From an uncultured Candidatus Rokubacteria bacterium (GTDB lineage: Bacteria; Methylomirabilota; Methylomirabilia; Rokubacteriales; CSP1-6), in contig CAVXJS010000011.1 of NCBI GenBank assembly GCA_963762145.1, positions 32,001 to 96,000 on the forward strand: 64,000 nucleotides of DNA, in the 5' to 3' direction. A model generated the notes under the pieces. It did no database searches and had not been told where the DNA came from. It saw only the letters and a list, made by a program, of their open reading frames with translations. Numbering within the stretch: the first letter of the stretch is position 1; each line of letters starts with the position of its first letter. Below, one piece after another: positions 10,701 to 19,426 of this stretch. A program made the translations under genes and the position numbers.

Positions 10701-11376
10701 GGATGAGGATCGTGTCCGGCAGGGCCGTCTGCTCCATCCGTGCCGCGAGGTGGGTCGTCTGGCCCACCGCCGTGTAGTCCATGTGCAGGTCGTTCCCGAT
10801 CGACCGCACGACCACTTCGCCGCAGTTGAGCCCGACGCGGATGTGGATCGGCACGCCCGTGGACTTGGCGACCTCCTCCGCGTACCGCTTCACCGACTCC
10901 TGCATCCGGAGGGCCGCATAGCAGCCGCGCACGGCGTGGTCCTCGTGCGCCAGCGGCGCGCCAAAGAGCGCCATGATCCCGTCGCCCATCACCTGGTTGA
11001 CGGTGCCCTCGTAGTAGTGCACGGCCTCCATCATGCGATCGAGCACCGGATCCAGGAGCTTCCGTGATTCCTCCGGATCGCGGTCGACGAGGAGCTCGGT
11101 GGATCCCTTGAGGTCTGCGAAGAGGACCGTCACCTGCTTCCGCTCGCCTTCGAGCGCGGCCTTCGAGGTGATAATTCGCTCGGCGAGGTGTCGGGGGATG
11201 TGACTGCCAGGAGTGCCGGTCGTGGCGGCGAGTCGCGTGCCACACTCCCAGCAGAAGTTCTGGCCAGGGCCGTGGGGCGTTTCGCAGCCGGGGCACGTCG
11301 GGGTATGGCGAGCCCCGCACTCGCCGCAGAACCGGGCGCCAGCCGGGTTTTCCTGCTGGCACTTCGCACAGAGCAT
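7789..11376 (-). CDS. Double zinc-ribbon / class III cyclase / AAA ATPase / TPR protein with C-terminal DRR-ERR domain
   Basis: Four CxxC motifs; ERKQVTVLFADLKGST and GDGIMALFGAP.AHEDHA; Walker A AEPGVGKS; GNPFF; TPR repeats; tail VILDRREGERRR...ERRVGDRR. Confidence 0.9.
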   Translation of the reverse strand: MLCAKCQQENPAGARFCGECGARHTPTCPGCETPHGPGQNFCWECGTRLAATTGTPGSHIPRHLAERIITSKAALEGERKQVTVLFADLKGSTELLVDRDPEESRKLLDPVLDRMMEAVHYYEGTVNQVMGDGIMALFGAPLAHEDHAVRGCYAALRMQESVKRYAEEVAKSTGVPIHIRVGLNCGEVVVRSIGNDLHMDYTAVGQTTHLAARMEQTALPDTILIPGTMLSLTRDAVAVSPLGPRSMKGLATPIDVYEVTGASTTGSRRQAATARDVTRFVGRDAEMATLLQALERAAGGYGQVVAIAAEPGVGKSRLIREFLHADAAHGWRILEAIGVATRKTTAYLPLVELLRTYFQIDARDDQPAIRDKVAAQLDTLQESAWPTASAILQVLDAPTDDPPWSLLDPLRRRQHVLDVLRRLLLRESRIQPLLLLFDSLHWMDSETHAFLDALVQGLPGARVFLLVTHRPEYQHPWADASHYTGLLLKSLPPANAEQLLDPLLGSDPTLQALKTWLINRTEGNPFFIQESIRTLVETQTLTGERGAYRLVKPIESIQLPATIHAVLAPRIDRLPPEGKRLLQAAAVIGKDVPLVLLQAIADMSEDEVRRNLAILQAGDFLHELRLFPSMEYTFRHTLTQEVAYDTVLRGRRRALHARVLEALEHLEADRPGDQVESLAHHALRGEVWHKAVLYLRQAGAKAAARGANREAVAFLEQALAGLSHLPDSPERSEQSIDLRLDLRPPLIQMGQIERVLALSQEAEVIAEKLGDAPRLARVYTYLINYHYLKGEPDLAIEYGERCLRIGEAAADRSLQALARGYLGSSYHAQGKFREAERVLRQNLDALAATPAGDVSIQNRISFVTSAAWVAFTCADRGEFDAAIDYLDQAAGAAKASGHPYPQAIAQTLAGLVHLRRGQLEEALPFLEQSVDACREKGLDVWRPIPASLLGLTRVRLGQVAEGLALLEESVSRSEALGIRAYLALWTAQLAEGLLAAGQIERARATVQQVLELALAHKERGHHARGLKLLGDVMAAASPADPAAAEDSYQQALALADELAMRPLTAQILLGLGQLYKRTGRPAQAADRLADAFMLLHDMGMRPWLANTLDELQILGHLFVVARSKPALFDDLKRELGARPVTVILDRREGERRRRAQEEAPERRVGDRRRQAAFDETLRARGFAVVVAAEPAAAST

Positions 11377-11425
11377 CCAGGGGCCTCCACTCGCTTGCGC
11401 GACATGGTCGCGAAGCGATGCTCGG

Positions 11426-11458
11426 AGCGTAGCCCCTTGACGACTGGCGCGTCAAGGG
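11426..11458 (-). promoter_or_regulatory. Putative sigma70 promoter (TTGACG-N18-TACGCT) overlapped by a 9-bp inverted repeat (candidate operator)
   Basis: Perfect inverted repeat CCCTTGACG(11434-11442)-N7-CGTCAAGGG(11450-11458), about 60 nt upstream of the cyclase start. Confidence 0.5.
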
Positions 11459-11563
11459 AATCGGCATGGCACACTGGCCCGACGGCGTGCGCAATGGTTG
11501 CACCCCGTGCCATCGTTCGATTCGGGGTCGCTAGGACGATGGTGTCGGGCGGGCGGGAGGCGC

Positions 11564-11680
11564 CATCCCGCCGTCCTCGAGACGGCGGTGGAACACGCGG
11601 ATAACGACGAGCTGATCAAGCCGAAGGCCTACGTGGTGGTGAAGGATGGACACGCGGGCTCCTACAAGCTGCGGCAGTGA
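11564..11680 (+). pseudogene. Relic fragment of an acyl/aryl-CoA ligase C-terminal domain
   Basis: HPAVLETAV...DELIKPKAYVVVKDG matches the AMP-binding C-terminal consensus (benzoate-CoA ligase-like); the rest of the enzyme is absent. Confidence 0.6.
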
Positions 11681-12800
11681 CCACCTCGTCGAGGACGTTC
11701 ATCACGTCGGCGGTGTGGCGTGCCACCGAGAACGTGGCCCGCGCCCATTCCTGAGCGTTGCACCCGAGCCGCTCCCTGAGCGCGGGGTCCCGGTAGAGAC
11801 GGTCGATCCGCTCCGCGAGATCGGACGGATCGCCGTGAGCATAGAGCAGGCCGGTCACCTCATCCCGGATGAGCTCGCGGGTGGCGGCGCGGTTGGCGCC
11901 GATGACGGGCAGCCCGAGCTTCATCGCCTCCACGGTCACGCGCCCGAACGCTTCCGATCTCGAGCACATGAGGGCGACGTGGGCCTGCTGGAGGTAGGGG
12001 AAGCGGTCCTCGGTGAAGTCGACGAAATCGACCACGTCGTCGGCCCGCACCTCTCGGGCCAGCCGGGCGAGCCAGGGCGCGTAGTCCGGTGCGCTGTGCC
12101 CGACGAGCGCCAGCCGGATGTCGCGCCCGCGCTCCCGCAGGAGCCCGACCGCCCGGATCGCATCCTCCTGGCCCTTGGAGGGCGCCTTGAGCCCGACGAG
12201 GACCAGCCGGAACGGACGCTCCGGCTGGGGACAGGCGCGGGCCAGCCCGTCCGGCACGTGGACCCCGCAGTACGCGACGCGCAGCTTCTCGGAGGGGATG
12301 TGCCGCGAGAATTCATCGTACGTGGCTCGCGAGTTGACGATGACCCGGGCCGACAGCCGGTTCACCAGCCGGACACTGCGCCGCAGGCCCAGGTCGAAGT
12401 GCAGGCCGTGGTCCTTCTCTCCGAACTCGTGCAGATACCACACGTGAGGAATCCGGAGCACCTTCGCCGCGACCGCCGCGGACGGAATGGTGAGGGTGTT
12501 GGTCACCACCACGTCGGGCTCGAGCCGTCTGAGCAGAGGCAGCATCGACACCGCGGCCAGGAGGTTGCGGCCGGCCCTTCGCCGCGCGTCCGCGCGTGAC
12601 CGTCGAAGCGCCGCCCACCACTCGTACCGGACGCTCCACCGCCGCGCGCCGGCGGCCGCCAGCCGGTCCCCGAGCACGCCCGGGCCGGGCAGGAGAACGT
12701 TCACCGCCACGCCCCGGGCGATGAGCCCCGTGACGAGCTCCAGCAGGACGAGCTCGGCACCGGCGATCTGCCCGGAGTGTGAGGCGAGGACGACCTTCAT
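11616..12800 (-). CDS. Glycosyltransferase family 4
   Basis: MKVVLASH..IAGAE, PDVVVTNT, KGQEDAI and SRSEAFGRVTVEAMKLGLPVIG. Confidence 0.9.
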   Translation of the reverse strand: MKVVLASHSGQIAGAELVLLELVTGLIARGVAVNVLLPGPGVLGDRLAAAGARRWSVRYEWWAALRRSRADARRRAGRNLLAAVSMLPLLRRLEPDVVVTNTLTIPSAAVAAKVLRIPHVWYLHEFGEKDHGLHFDLGLRRSVRLVNRLSARVIVNSRATYDEFSRHIPSEKLRVAYCGVHVPDGLARACPQPERPFRLVLVGLKAPSKGQEDAIRAVGLLRERGRDIRLALVGHSAPDYAPWLARLAREVRADDVVDFVDFTEDRFPYLQQAHVALMCSRSEAFGRVTVEAMKLGLPVIGANRAATRELIRDEVTGLLYAHGDPSDLAERIDRLYRDPALRERLGCNAQEWARATFSVARHTADVMNVLDEVVTAAACRSPRVHPSPPRRPSA

Positions 12801-12825
12801 GGCGTGGGCGGACCGCCCCACGCCC

Positions 12826-13830
12826 TCATTCGTGGCGTCGATTCGACGCTCGCGGGGTCGGGCGGTCGCGCACGAACCACCGGCCGAGGGGCTCCTCGAT
12901 GCGCGACAGCGAGTGGGCCAGCTTCGGGCCGAGACGAGATCGCAGGGCACGCGCGAGGAGGGAATCGGGCGGGACCAGCGCCTGACGACGCCAGCGGGTC
13001 CACTCCGTGAACTGGCGGGTGAGGTTCGGATCGTCATCCGGCAGATCCCACTTCTCCCGGAATCGCTCGAGGGAGGCCCGGTTCCAGGCGGTGCTCCATC
13101 GCCGGAGGAAATAGGGCAGGTCCGACCACGCGAGCGGCGGGGGAGGCAGATAGGTGACGAGCGACGTCGGCTCGAAGTAGACCTCGCCGCCGGACCGGCG
13201 CACGCTCATGCAGAAGTCCGGGTTCTCCAGCGCGCTCTTCAGCCCCTCGTCGAGCGGCCCGAGCTGCTGAAAGACGCGGGACGCCACCAGCATGCAGTGG
13301 AATTCCACCATCTCGCAGGGCTCCCGGCGGAGGCCGGGAAGGACCTCGGGCAGCGGTCGGCTCCAGAAGCGGTGATCCTCCTGGAAGCGGCGCTTGCCGT
13401 CCTTTTCGAAGATGTGGGCATGGCCGCCGGTCATGTGGACCGTCTGCTCCTCGAACTCCCCCATGCAGTAGAGGGGACCGACGACCGAGGCGCCGGTCTC
13501 TTTCGCGCACCGGAGCAACGCCTCGAGCCAGCCGGGCGTGACCAGCACGTCGTTATCCAGGAAGACGAGGTAGGGAGTCGTGACGTGGGCGATGCCGAGG
13601 TTCCGGGCCTGGTTGGGCGTCAGATAGGCATCGGTGCGGAGCAGGCGGAATCCGCGAGCGCTCGACTGGGCCGCGAGGTACCGTCGCGTCGCGGGCGGGG
13701 AGCCGCCGTCCACGTAGATCAGCGTGAACGGGGTATCAGTATTCGCGTAGATGCTCTCGAGCGACCGACGGCTCAGCCCAAAGCGCTCTCTTGGGACGAC
13801 CAGGAGCGTGACTTCGGCGGCGGCGGTCAT
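12826..13830 (-). CDS. Glycosyltransferase family 2
   Basis: YVDGGS, ARNLG, YLVFLDNDVLVTPGWL and ENPDFC. Confidence 0.88.
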   Translation of the reverse strand: MTAAAEVTLLVVPRERFGLSRRSLESIYANTDTPFTLIYVDGGSPPATRRYLAAQSSARGFRLLRTDAYLTPNQARNLGIAHVTTPYLVFLDNDVLVTPGWLEALLRCAKETGASVVGPLYCMGEFEEQTVHMTGGHAHIFEKDGKRRFQEDHRFWSRPLPEVLPGLRREPCEMVEFHCMLVASRVFQQLGPLDEGLKSALENPDFCMSVRRSGGEVYFEPTSLVTYLPPPPLAWSDLPYFLRRWSTAWNRASLERFREKWDLPDDDPNLTRQFTEWTRWRRQALVPPDSLLARALRSRLGPKLAHSLSRIEEPLGRWFVRDRPTPRASNRRHE

Positions 13831-13882
13831 GGTTGAGGTGGCGTTCGACTTTGCTAAGATAGCACTCCACGTGACGCGTCCG

Positions 13883-14260
13883 CTAGGCTGGCCGGCTGGG
13901 ACGCGCGAACGGGGAGGACTGCTGCAGGATCTGGCGAACACGGTCGTTGAGGCTCTGCACGCTGAACGGCTTGCTGATGAAGGCCCACCCCGACGTGGCC
14001 ACCTCCGACATCGGGTATGCCGACATGAGGAGGATCTTGGTCGACGGGCTCACCGCGAGCAGGTTGGTCGCGAGCTCCGGCCCTTTCATGAGCGGCATCA
14101 CCACGTCGGTGACCAGCAGATGAATCGGCTGCTCTCGCGCGAGGCGGAGCGCGTGCATCGGGTCGCCGGTGTCGAGGATGGCGAAACCATCCGACTCCAG
14201 CATGTCGCGCACCACGCTGCGCACCACCTCTTCGTCGTCCACCACCAGGATCGTGTGCAC
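13883..14260 (-). CDS. Single-domain response regulator
   Basis: ILVVDDE, LLVTDVVMP.M.G, LMSAY and FISKPF; GTG start with GGAGG RBS. Confidence 0.85.
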   Translation of the reverse strand: MHTILVVDDEEVVRSVVRDMLESDGFAILDTGDPMHALRLAREQPIHLLVTDVVMPLMKGPELATNLLAVSPSTKILLMSAYPMSEVATSGWAFISKPFSVQSLNDRVRQILQQSSPFARPSRPA

Positions 14261-14288
14261 CGGGCGGCCTCCGCGATCGAGTGTACGG

Positions 14289-15599
14289 ATGAGCGACGCT
14301 TTCGCCGCGTTCCTGGACCGGCGCCTCGAGACGCTCGATCCGGAGGCGCTCCGCCGGCACCAGTGGGCCCGCGTCGAGGCTCTGGCGCGCGCCGCGGTGC
14401 CCGCCAACGCTTTCGTCACCGCCCAGTGGACGCGCGCCGGCCTCGCCGGCCCGGCCGATCTCCGGAGCTGGGACGACTTCCGGCGGCTGCCCTTCACGCG
14501 CAAGAGCGATCTGGTGGCGGATCAGGCCGCGCATCCGCCGTTCGGCCGCAACCTGAGCTATCCGCTCGATCGCTACGTGCGCGTGCACCAGACGTCGGGC
14601 ACCACCGGCGCGCCGCTCCGCTGGCTCGACACCGAGGAGTCCTGGGCGTGGTGGGCGCGCTGCTGGGGCTTCGTCTTCCGTGGCGCGGGCCTGGGTCCGG
14701 GCGACCGGATCTTCTTCCCGTTCTCCTTCGGGCTCTTCGTCGGATTCTGGGCCGGCTTCGAGGGGGCCCGCGCGCTCGGCGCCCTCGCGATCCCCGGCGG
14801 CGGCCAGGACTCCGCGCAGCGGCTGGCCGCGATGGAGACGCTCGGCGCTACCGCGGTGTGCTGCACGCCGTCCTACGCGCTGCACCTGGCCGAGACCGCG
14901 CGCGAGCGCGGCGTCGCCCTCCACCGGCTGGGCATCCGGGCCACCGTGCACGCGGGCGAGCCCGGCGCGGGGATTCCCGCGGTGCGCGCGCGCATCGAGG
15001 AGGCGTGGGGCGCCCGCGCCTACGACCACGCGGGCATGACCGAGATGGGCGCCTACGGCTTCGAGTGCGCGGCCCGGTCCGGCCTCCACGTGAACGAGGC
15101 CGAGTTCATCGCGGAGGTGATCGATCCCGCCACCGAGGCGCCCGCGGACGAGGGCGAGCTGGTGCTGACGAACCTGGGCCGGCTCGGCTCGCCACTGCTC
15201 CGCTACCGGACCGGCGATCGGGTGCGCGCGGCCCGGACGCCGTGTCCGTGCGGCCGGACCTTCCTGCGCCTCGAGGGCGGCATCCTGGGGCGCGTGGACG
15301 ACATGCTCATCGTCCGCGGCGTCAACGTCTTCCCCTCGGCGCTCGAGGGCATCGTGCGGCGCTTCCCGGACGTCGACGAGTTCGTGATCGAGGTCTACCG
15401 GCGCGGGCAGCTCGACGAGGTACGCCTGCTGCTCGAGGTCAGCGGTCACGCGCCGGCGCCCCACATGACGATCGCGGCGGTGCAGGAGGCGGTGCGGGTG
15501 GACCTCGGCATCCGCGTCGAGGCCGTGCCGGTGCCCGGGCAGAGCCTGCCGCGCTACGAGCTCAAGGCCCGGCGCCTGATCCGCCGCGCGAGCGAGTAG
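14289..15599 (+). CDS. Phenylacetate--CoA ligase family protein
   Basis: LPFTRKSDL, HQTSGTTG, TPSYA, AGEPG, GMTEMG, RYRTGD and GRVDDMLIVRGVNVFP. Confidence 0.9.
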   Translation: MSDAFAAFLDRRLETLDPEALRRHQWARVEALARAAVPANAFVTAQWTRAGLAGPADLRSWDDFRRLPFTRKSDLVADQAAHPPFGRNLSYPLDRYVRVHQTSGTTGAPLRWLDTEESWAWWARCWGFVFRGAGLGPGDRIFFPFSFGLFVGFWAGFEGARALGALAIPGGGQDSAQRLAAMETLGATAVCCTPSYALHLAETARERGVALHRLGIRATVHAGEPGAGIPAVRARIEEAWGARAYDHAGMTEMGAYGFECAARSGLHVNEAEFIAEVIDPATEAPADEGELVLTNLGRLGSPLLRYRTGDRVRAARTPCPCGRTFLRLEGGILGRVDDMLIVRGVNVFPSALEGIVRRFPDVDEFVIEVYRRGQLDEVRLLLEVSGHAPAPHMTIAAVQEAVRVDLGIRVEAVPVPGQSLPRYELKARRLIRRASE

Positions 15600-15604
15600 T
15601 CGGC

Positions 15605-16624
15605 ATGCGCCCTATCCGCTCGCCCGAGGTGTCGCGACGCGCGTTCATGGCGGTCATCGCGGGCGGCCTCCTCGCCGCGCGTCGCGCCGCCGAGGCGCAG
15701 CCGGCAGGAAGGATCTGGCGGATCGGTTATCTGTCGCTCGTCTCGGAAAAGCTCGAGCAGTACAAGCCCTGGATCGCCGCTTTTCGGGATGGACTGCGGG
15801 AGCTTGGATACGTCGAGGGTGAGAACGTCGTCATCGAGCAGCGTTACGCGGCGGGGCATGTCGAGCGGCTCCCCGCGCTGGCCGCCGAGCTCGTCCGTCT
15901 CAAGGTCGATATTCTCGTTGCGGCGCCGTCCGGCAGCGCACTCTCGGCCAGGAGCGCCACGAGCACGATCCCGATCGTGTTCATGGGCGAACCCGACCCC
16001 GTCGGCACCGGACTCGTGGCCAGTCTGGCCCGTCCCGGTGGGAACGTCACGGGTCTGGCGGACGCGCACGCCGATCTGATCGCTAAGAGACTCGACCTCC
16101 TCAGAGAGGTCGTGCCATCGGCGTCTCGAGTCGGTGTCCTGTGGACTCCGTCCAACGCCAGCACCGCACCCCAGCTGAAGATGGTCCAGGCCGCGGCTCC
16201 GGCGCTGGGGCTGACCGTGGTCCCGGTCGAGGTCAAGGGACCGGGACGTGGCGATCTGGACCGGGCCTTCGCGACGATCGGGAGCGAGCGCCTGGGGGGC
16301 CTGTTCGTCATCGCCGATCCCACCCTCGGGAATCTGCGCACCCGGATTGCCGAGCTCTCGATCGCGCACCGACTCCCTGCGTCCGGCACCCACCGGGGAT
16401 GGGCCGAGGGAGGCCTGCTGATGTCCTACGGCACGGACTTCATCGCTCTGTTCCGGCACGGCGCCGTGCTCGTCGACAAGATCCTGAAGGGAGCCAAGCC
16501 CGCCGCCCTCCCGGTCGAGCAGCCGACCAAGTTCGAGATGGCGATCAACCTCAAGACCGCGAAGGCCCTCGGCCTGAAGATCCCGCCGGCGCTGCTGCAG
16601 CGAGCCGACCAGGTGATCGAATAG
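15605..16624 (+). CDS. ABC_sub_bind family substrate-binding protein (orphan, Tat-like signal)
   Basis: SRRAF signal; GLRELGYVEGENV, DPVGTGLVASLARPGGNVTG and LPVEQPTKFEMAINLKTAKALG. Confidence 0.9.
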   Translation: MRPIRSPEVSRRAFMAVIAGGLLAARRAAEAQPAGRIWRIGYLSLVSEKLEQYKPWIAAFRDGLRELGYVEGENVVIEQRYAAGHVERLPALAAELVRLKVDILVAAPSGSALSARSATSTIPIVFMGEPDPVGTGLVASLARPGGNVTGLADAHADLIAKRLDLLREVVPSASRVGVLWTPSNASTAPQLKMVQAAAPALGLTVVPVEVKGPGRGDLDRAFATIGSERLGGLFVIADPTLGNLRTRIAELSIAHRLPASGTHRGWAEGGLLMSYGTDFIALFRHGAVLVDKILKGAKPAALPVEQPTKFEMAINLKTAKALGLKIPPALLQRADQVIE

Positions 16625-16687
16625 CTCTACGCGCGAGACCCCCGGTCTGGATGTATTGACCGGCTCCGAGCGGGCTGGTAGTGATGA

Positions 16688-17272
16688 GTGAGCATGGCGT
16701 CCGCGGGAGCCGGCTCCGAGACCTCCACGCTCATCACGCGCATCGCCGCGGGTGATCGCGACGCGTTCAGCCGCTTCTACGATCTCCTGGCCCCCACCGC
16801 CTTCGGCCTGATCCGCCGCGTGCTCCGCGACCCGGAGGCCGCCGCCGAGGTGCTGCAGGAGGTGTTCTGGCAGGTGTGGCGCGAGGCCCCCCAGTACGAT
16901 CCCACGCGCGGCAGCCCCGAGGCGTGGCTCGTCATGCGGGCCAAGACTCGAGCAATCGATCGGCTCCGGTCCATACGTAGAAGAGATAGGACCTTCGTGG
17001 CGCCGGTGGACGAGTCCGTCGCGCGAAGCAGCGATGAGCCCGCCGAGAACCCGGCGGTGGTGGCGGAGGATCGGAGCCTGGTGCAGACCGCGCTGGCGCA
17101 GCTCCCGGAGCCGCAGCGCCGCGTCATCGAGCTGGCGTTCTACGACGGCCTGACCCAGTCGGAGATCGCGATCCGGCTGGGCGAGCCGCTCGGCACCGTG
17201 AAGACGCGCGCGCGCCTCGGCCTCGAGCGGCTGCGGGGAGCCCTGCGGGGAGAGAGGGTGTCGGCCACATGA
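16688..17272 (+). CDS. ECF sigma factor (SigK-like)
   Basis: AAEVLQEVFWQVW, RAIDRLR and LAFYDGLTQSEIA..LGEPLGTVKTR. Confidence 0.9.
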   Translation: MSMASAGAGSETSTLITRIAAGDRDAFSRFYDLLAPTAFGLIRRVLRDPEAAAEVLQEVFWQVWREAPQYDPTRGSPEAWLVMRAKTRAIDRLRSIRRRDRTFVAPVDESVARSSDEPAENPAVVAEDRSLVQTALAQLPEPQRRVIELAFYDGLTQSEIAIRLGEPLGTVKTRARLGLERLRGALRGERVSAT

Positions 17273-18042
17273 ATCGCGAAGAGATCGACGAGCTGGCGGC
17301 GGCGTACGCGCTCGGGGGCCTCGAGGCCGACGATCGCGCGCGCTTCGAGACGCTGCTCCGCGCGGGCGACCCCGAGACGGTGACCGCCCTCCGCGAGTTC
17401 GAGGCCACCCTCGCGGACCTGGCCGCCGCGGCCCCCGAGCCGCCCCCGGCCGCGGTCAAGGCCGCGCTCATGGAGCGCATCGCGGCGGCCCCGCCGGCCG
17501 CGCGCGAGCCGGTGCGTCCGCGGCCGCGAGCCCGCCGAGCCATCTGGCCGGCGATCCTGACCGGGGCCATGGCCGCCGGCCTCGCCGCGATCGTGGTCGG
17601 CTGGTCGGTCTCGTCCACTTACGAGAAGCGGCTCGACGCGCTGGCCCGCGATGCCGAGGAGCTCAAGGCCGAGCTGCGGGGCCAGCAGACCGTGATCGCG
17701 ATCCTGCGCGACCCGGCCACCCAGGTGGTCGTGCTCGCCGGCCAGGCGCCCGCGCCGACCGCGCGCGCCCGCATGATGTGGCACGCGAAGGCCGGCGGAG
17801 TCTTCGTCGCCGCCGGGCTCCCGGAGGCGCCCACGGGCAAGGCCTACCAGCTCTGGGCCATCGCGGGCAACAACGCGCCGGTCTCGGCCGGGGTGTTCAG
17901 CGTGGACCCGTCGGGGACCGGGAGCCTCTCGGTGCGGCCACTGCCCGGCGTGGCGACGGTCGATGCGTTCGCGGTGACGCTCGAGCCGGCGGGCGGTCTC
18001 CCCGCGCCGAGCGGCGCGATGTATCTTCTCGGCAAGTCCTGA
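17269..18042 (+). CDS. rskA: Anti-sigma factor, RskA family
   Basis: LAAAYALGGL, one TM helix, YQLWAI, PVSAG and FAVTLEPAGG..P; ATGA overlap with the sigma gene. Confidence 0.88.
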   Translation: MNREEIDELAAAYALGGLEADDRARFETLLRAGDPETVTALREFEATLADLAAAAPEPPPAAVKAALMERIAAAPPAAREPVRPRPRARRAIWPAILTGAMAAGLAAIVVGWSVSSTYEKRLDALARDAEELKAELRGQQTVIAILRDPATQVVVLAGQAPAPTARARMMWHAKAGGVFVAAGLPEAPTGKAYQLWAIAGNNAPVSAGVFSVDPSGTGSLSVRPLPGVATVDAFAVTLEPAGGLPAPSGAMYLLGKS

Positions 18043-18065
18043 GCGGCCGGCGCCGCCTGACCCGC

Positions 18066-18647
18066 CTAGCTCCCGCGCAGCCGCGCGGCGCGCAGCACCG
18101 CGATGATGGTCATCGCGTCCTTGATCTCCGCCCGCTCCACCATGCCGAGCACCTCGGTGAAGGGGAAGGCCCGGCGCTCGATGAACTCGGTCGGGTCGGC
18201 CGGGCGCGACGCGGGCCGCAGGTCGTGGGCCACGTAGAGATGGGCGACCTCGCGCAGGATGCTCTTCGAGGTGTGGAAGTCGCCCAGCGCGACGAGGCGT
18301 CCGGCCTCGTGCCCCGCCTCCTCGGCCAGCTCACGCTGCGCGGCCTCCACGGAGGTCTCGCCGGCGTGCTGGCCGCCCGTCGGGATCTCCCAGAAGAAAT
18401 CGCCCGCCACGTAGCGGTACTGCCCCACCAGGAGCACGGTGTCGCGGTCGAGGAACGGGAGAATTCCGACGCACTCGCTGCATTGCACCACGCCGTAGAG
18501 CGTGTGGCGGCCGTCCGGCAGCTCGACCATGTCCTCGCGGACGGAGATCCACTGGTTGGAGTAGACCGGCCGGGTGGACGTCCGGCGCCAGGGCGTGCGG
18601 GACCACGACGAACCGGCCGGCGGAGTACCAGTGGGCTCGCTCATCAT
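18066..18647 (-). CDS. NUDIX hydrolase (ADP-ribose pyrophosphatase-like)
   Basis: QYRY, WEIPTGG...EAAQRELAEEAG and IKDAMT. Confidence 0.9.
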   Translation of the reverse strand: MMSEPTGTPPAGSSWSRTPWRRTSTRPVYSNQWISVREDMVELPDGRHTLYGVVQCSECVGILPFLDRDTVLLVGQYRYVAGDFFWEIPTGGQHAGETSVEAAQRELAEEAGHEAGRLVALGDFHTSKSILREVAHLYVAHDLRPASRPADPTEFIERRAFPFTEVLGMVERAEIKDAMTIIAVLRAARLRGS

Positions 18648-18680
18648 CCGGTTGTATCATGTGGGCCGGGAGGAAACGTG

Positions 18681-19220
18681 ATGGCCTGGCCGGTCCCCGT
18701 CGAAACGCTGTGGAACGAGCTGCAGAGCGTCCGCTCCGCGCTGCTCAAGGAGACGGAAGGGCTCAGCCAGACCCAGGCCGACTGGCGCCCGGCCGAGCAG
18801 GAGTGGTCCGTCGGGGAGATTCTCCACCACCTGACCCTGGCCGAGGTGGGCACCGGGAAGCTGACCTCCAAGCTCTTCAAGGACGCGCCGCAGCCGCTGC
18901 CGGTGTTCCCCGCGGATCTCAAGACCTTCGCGCCGGTCCCGCCCTCGCCTCCCGGCCCGGCGAAGGCGCCGGAAGTGGTCTACCCGGAGCGAGGCCACGC
19001 GCTGGACCGGCTGGTCGCCGACCTCCAGGCGATCCGGGAGCGCAGCCGGCAGTCCATCGAGCGGCTGGCCGCGGTGGATCCGCGCGGGCTCAGGTGGCGG
19101 CACTTCACGCTGGGCGAGATGGACCTCGCGCAGTGGTGGCAGCTCCACGCACGCCACGAGGCGGACCACCTCGAGCAGCTCCGCGCCGTGAAGGCGGCAC
19201 CCGGGTTCCCCCGCTCGTGA
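18681..19220 (+). CDS. DinB family protein
   Basis: WSVGEILHHL, KAP and HARHEADHLEQL. Confidence 0.85.
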   Translation: MAWPVPVETLWNELQSVRSALLKETEGLSQTQADWRPAEQEWSVGEILHHLTLAEVGTGKLTSKLFKDAPQPLPVFPADLKTFAPVPPSPPGPAKAPEVVYPERGHALDRLVADLQAIRERSRQSIERLAAVDPRGLRWRHFTLGEMDLAQWWQLHARHEADHLEQLRAVKAAPGFPRS

Positions 19221-19426
19221 AGATCATCCTGCGCAATCCCCGGAAGGAGATCGAGGTCGACGGCAAGCGCCGGGTCAAGGAGCTGCTCGTCGAGCTCGAC
19301 ATCCTGCCCAGCACGGTGCTGGTCATCCGGGGCAACGAGCTCCTGACCGGGGATACCGTGGTGGGCGGCGACGACGTGCTCGAGGTGCGCCCGGTCATGT
19401 CCGGCGGCAGCGCGGGGACGCCATGA
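19217..19426 (+). CDS. ttuB: ThiS/MoaD-like sulfur carrier (TtuB-like)
   Basis: GTG start overlapping the dinB stop; KIILRNPRKEIEV...VLVIRGNELLT.D...LEVRPVMSGG; immediately upstream of ttuA. Confidence 0.8.
   Translation: MKIILRNPRKEIEVDGKRRVKELLVELDILPSTVLVIRGNELLTGDTVVGGDDVLEVRPVMSGGSAGTP

Noticed and set aside
11490-11515. Sigma54 promoter (TGGCAC...TGCA on the - strand)
   Set aside because: The GG-to-GC spacing is 8 nt rather than the required 10.
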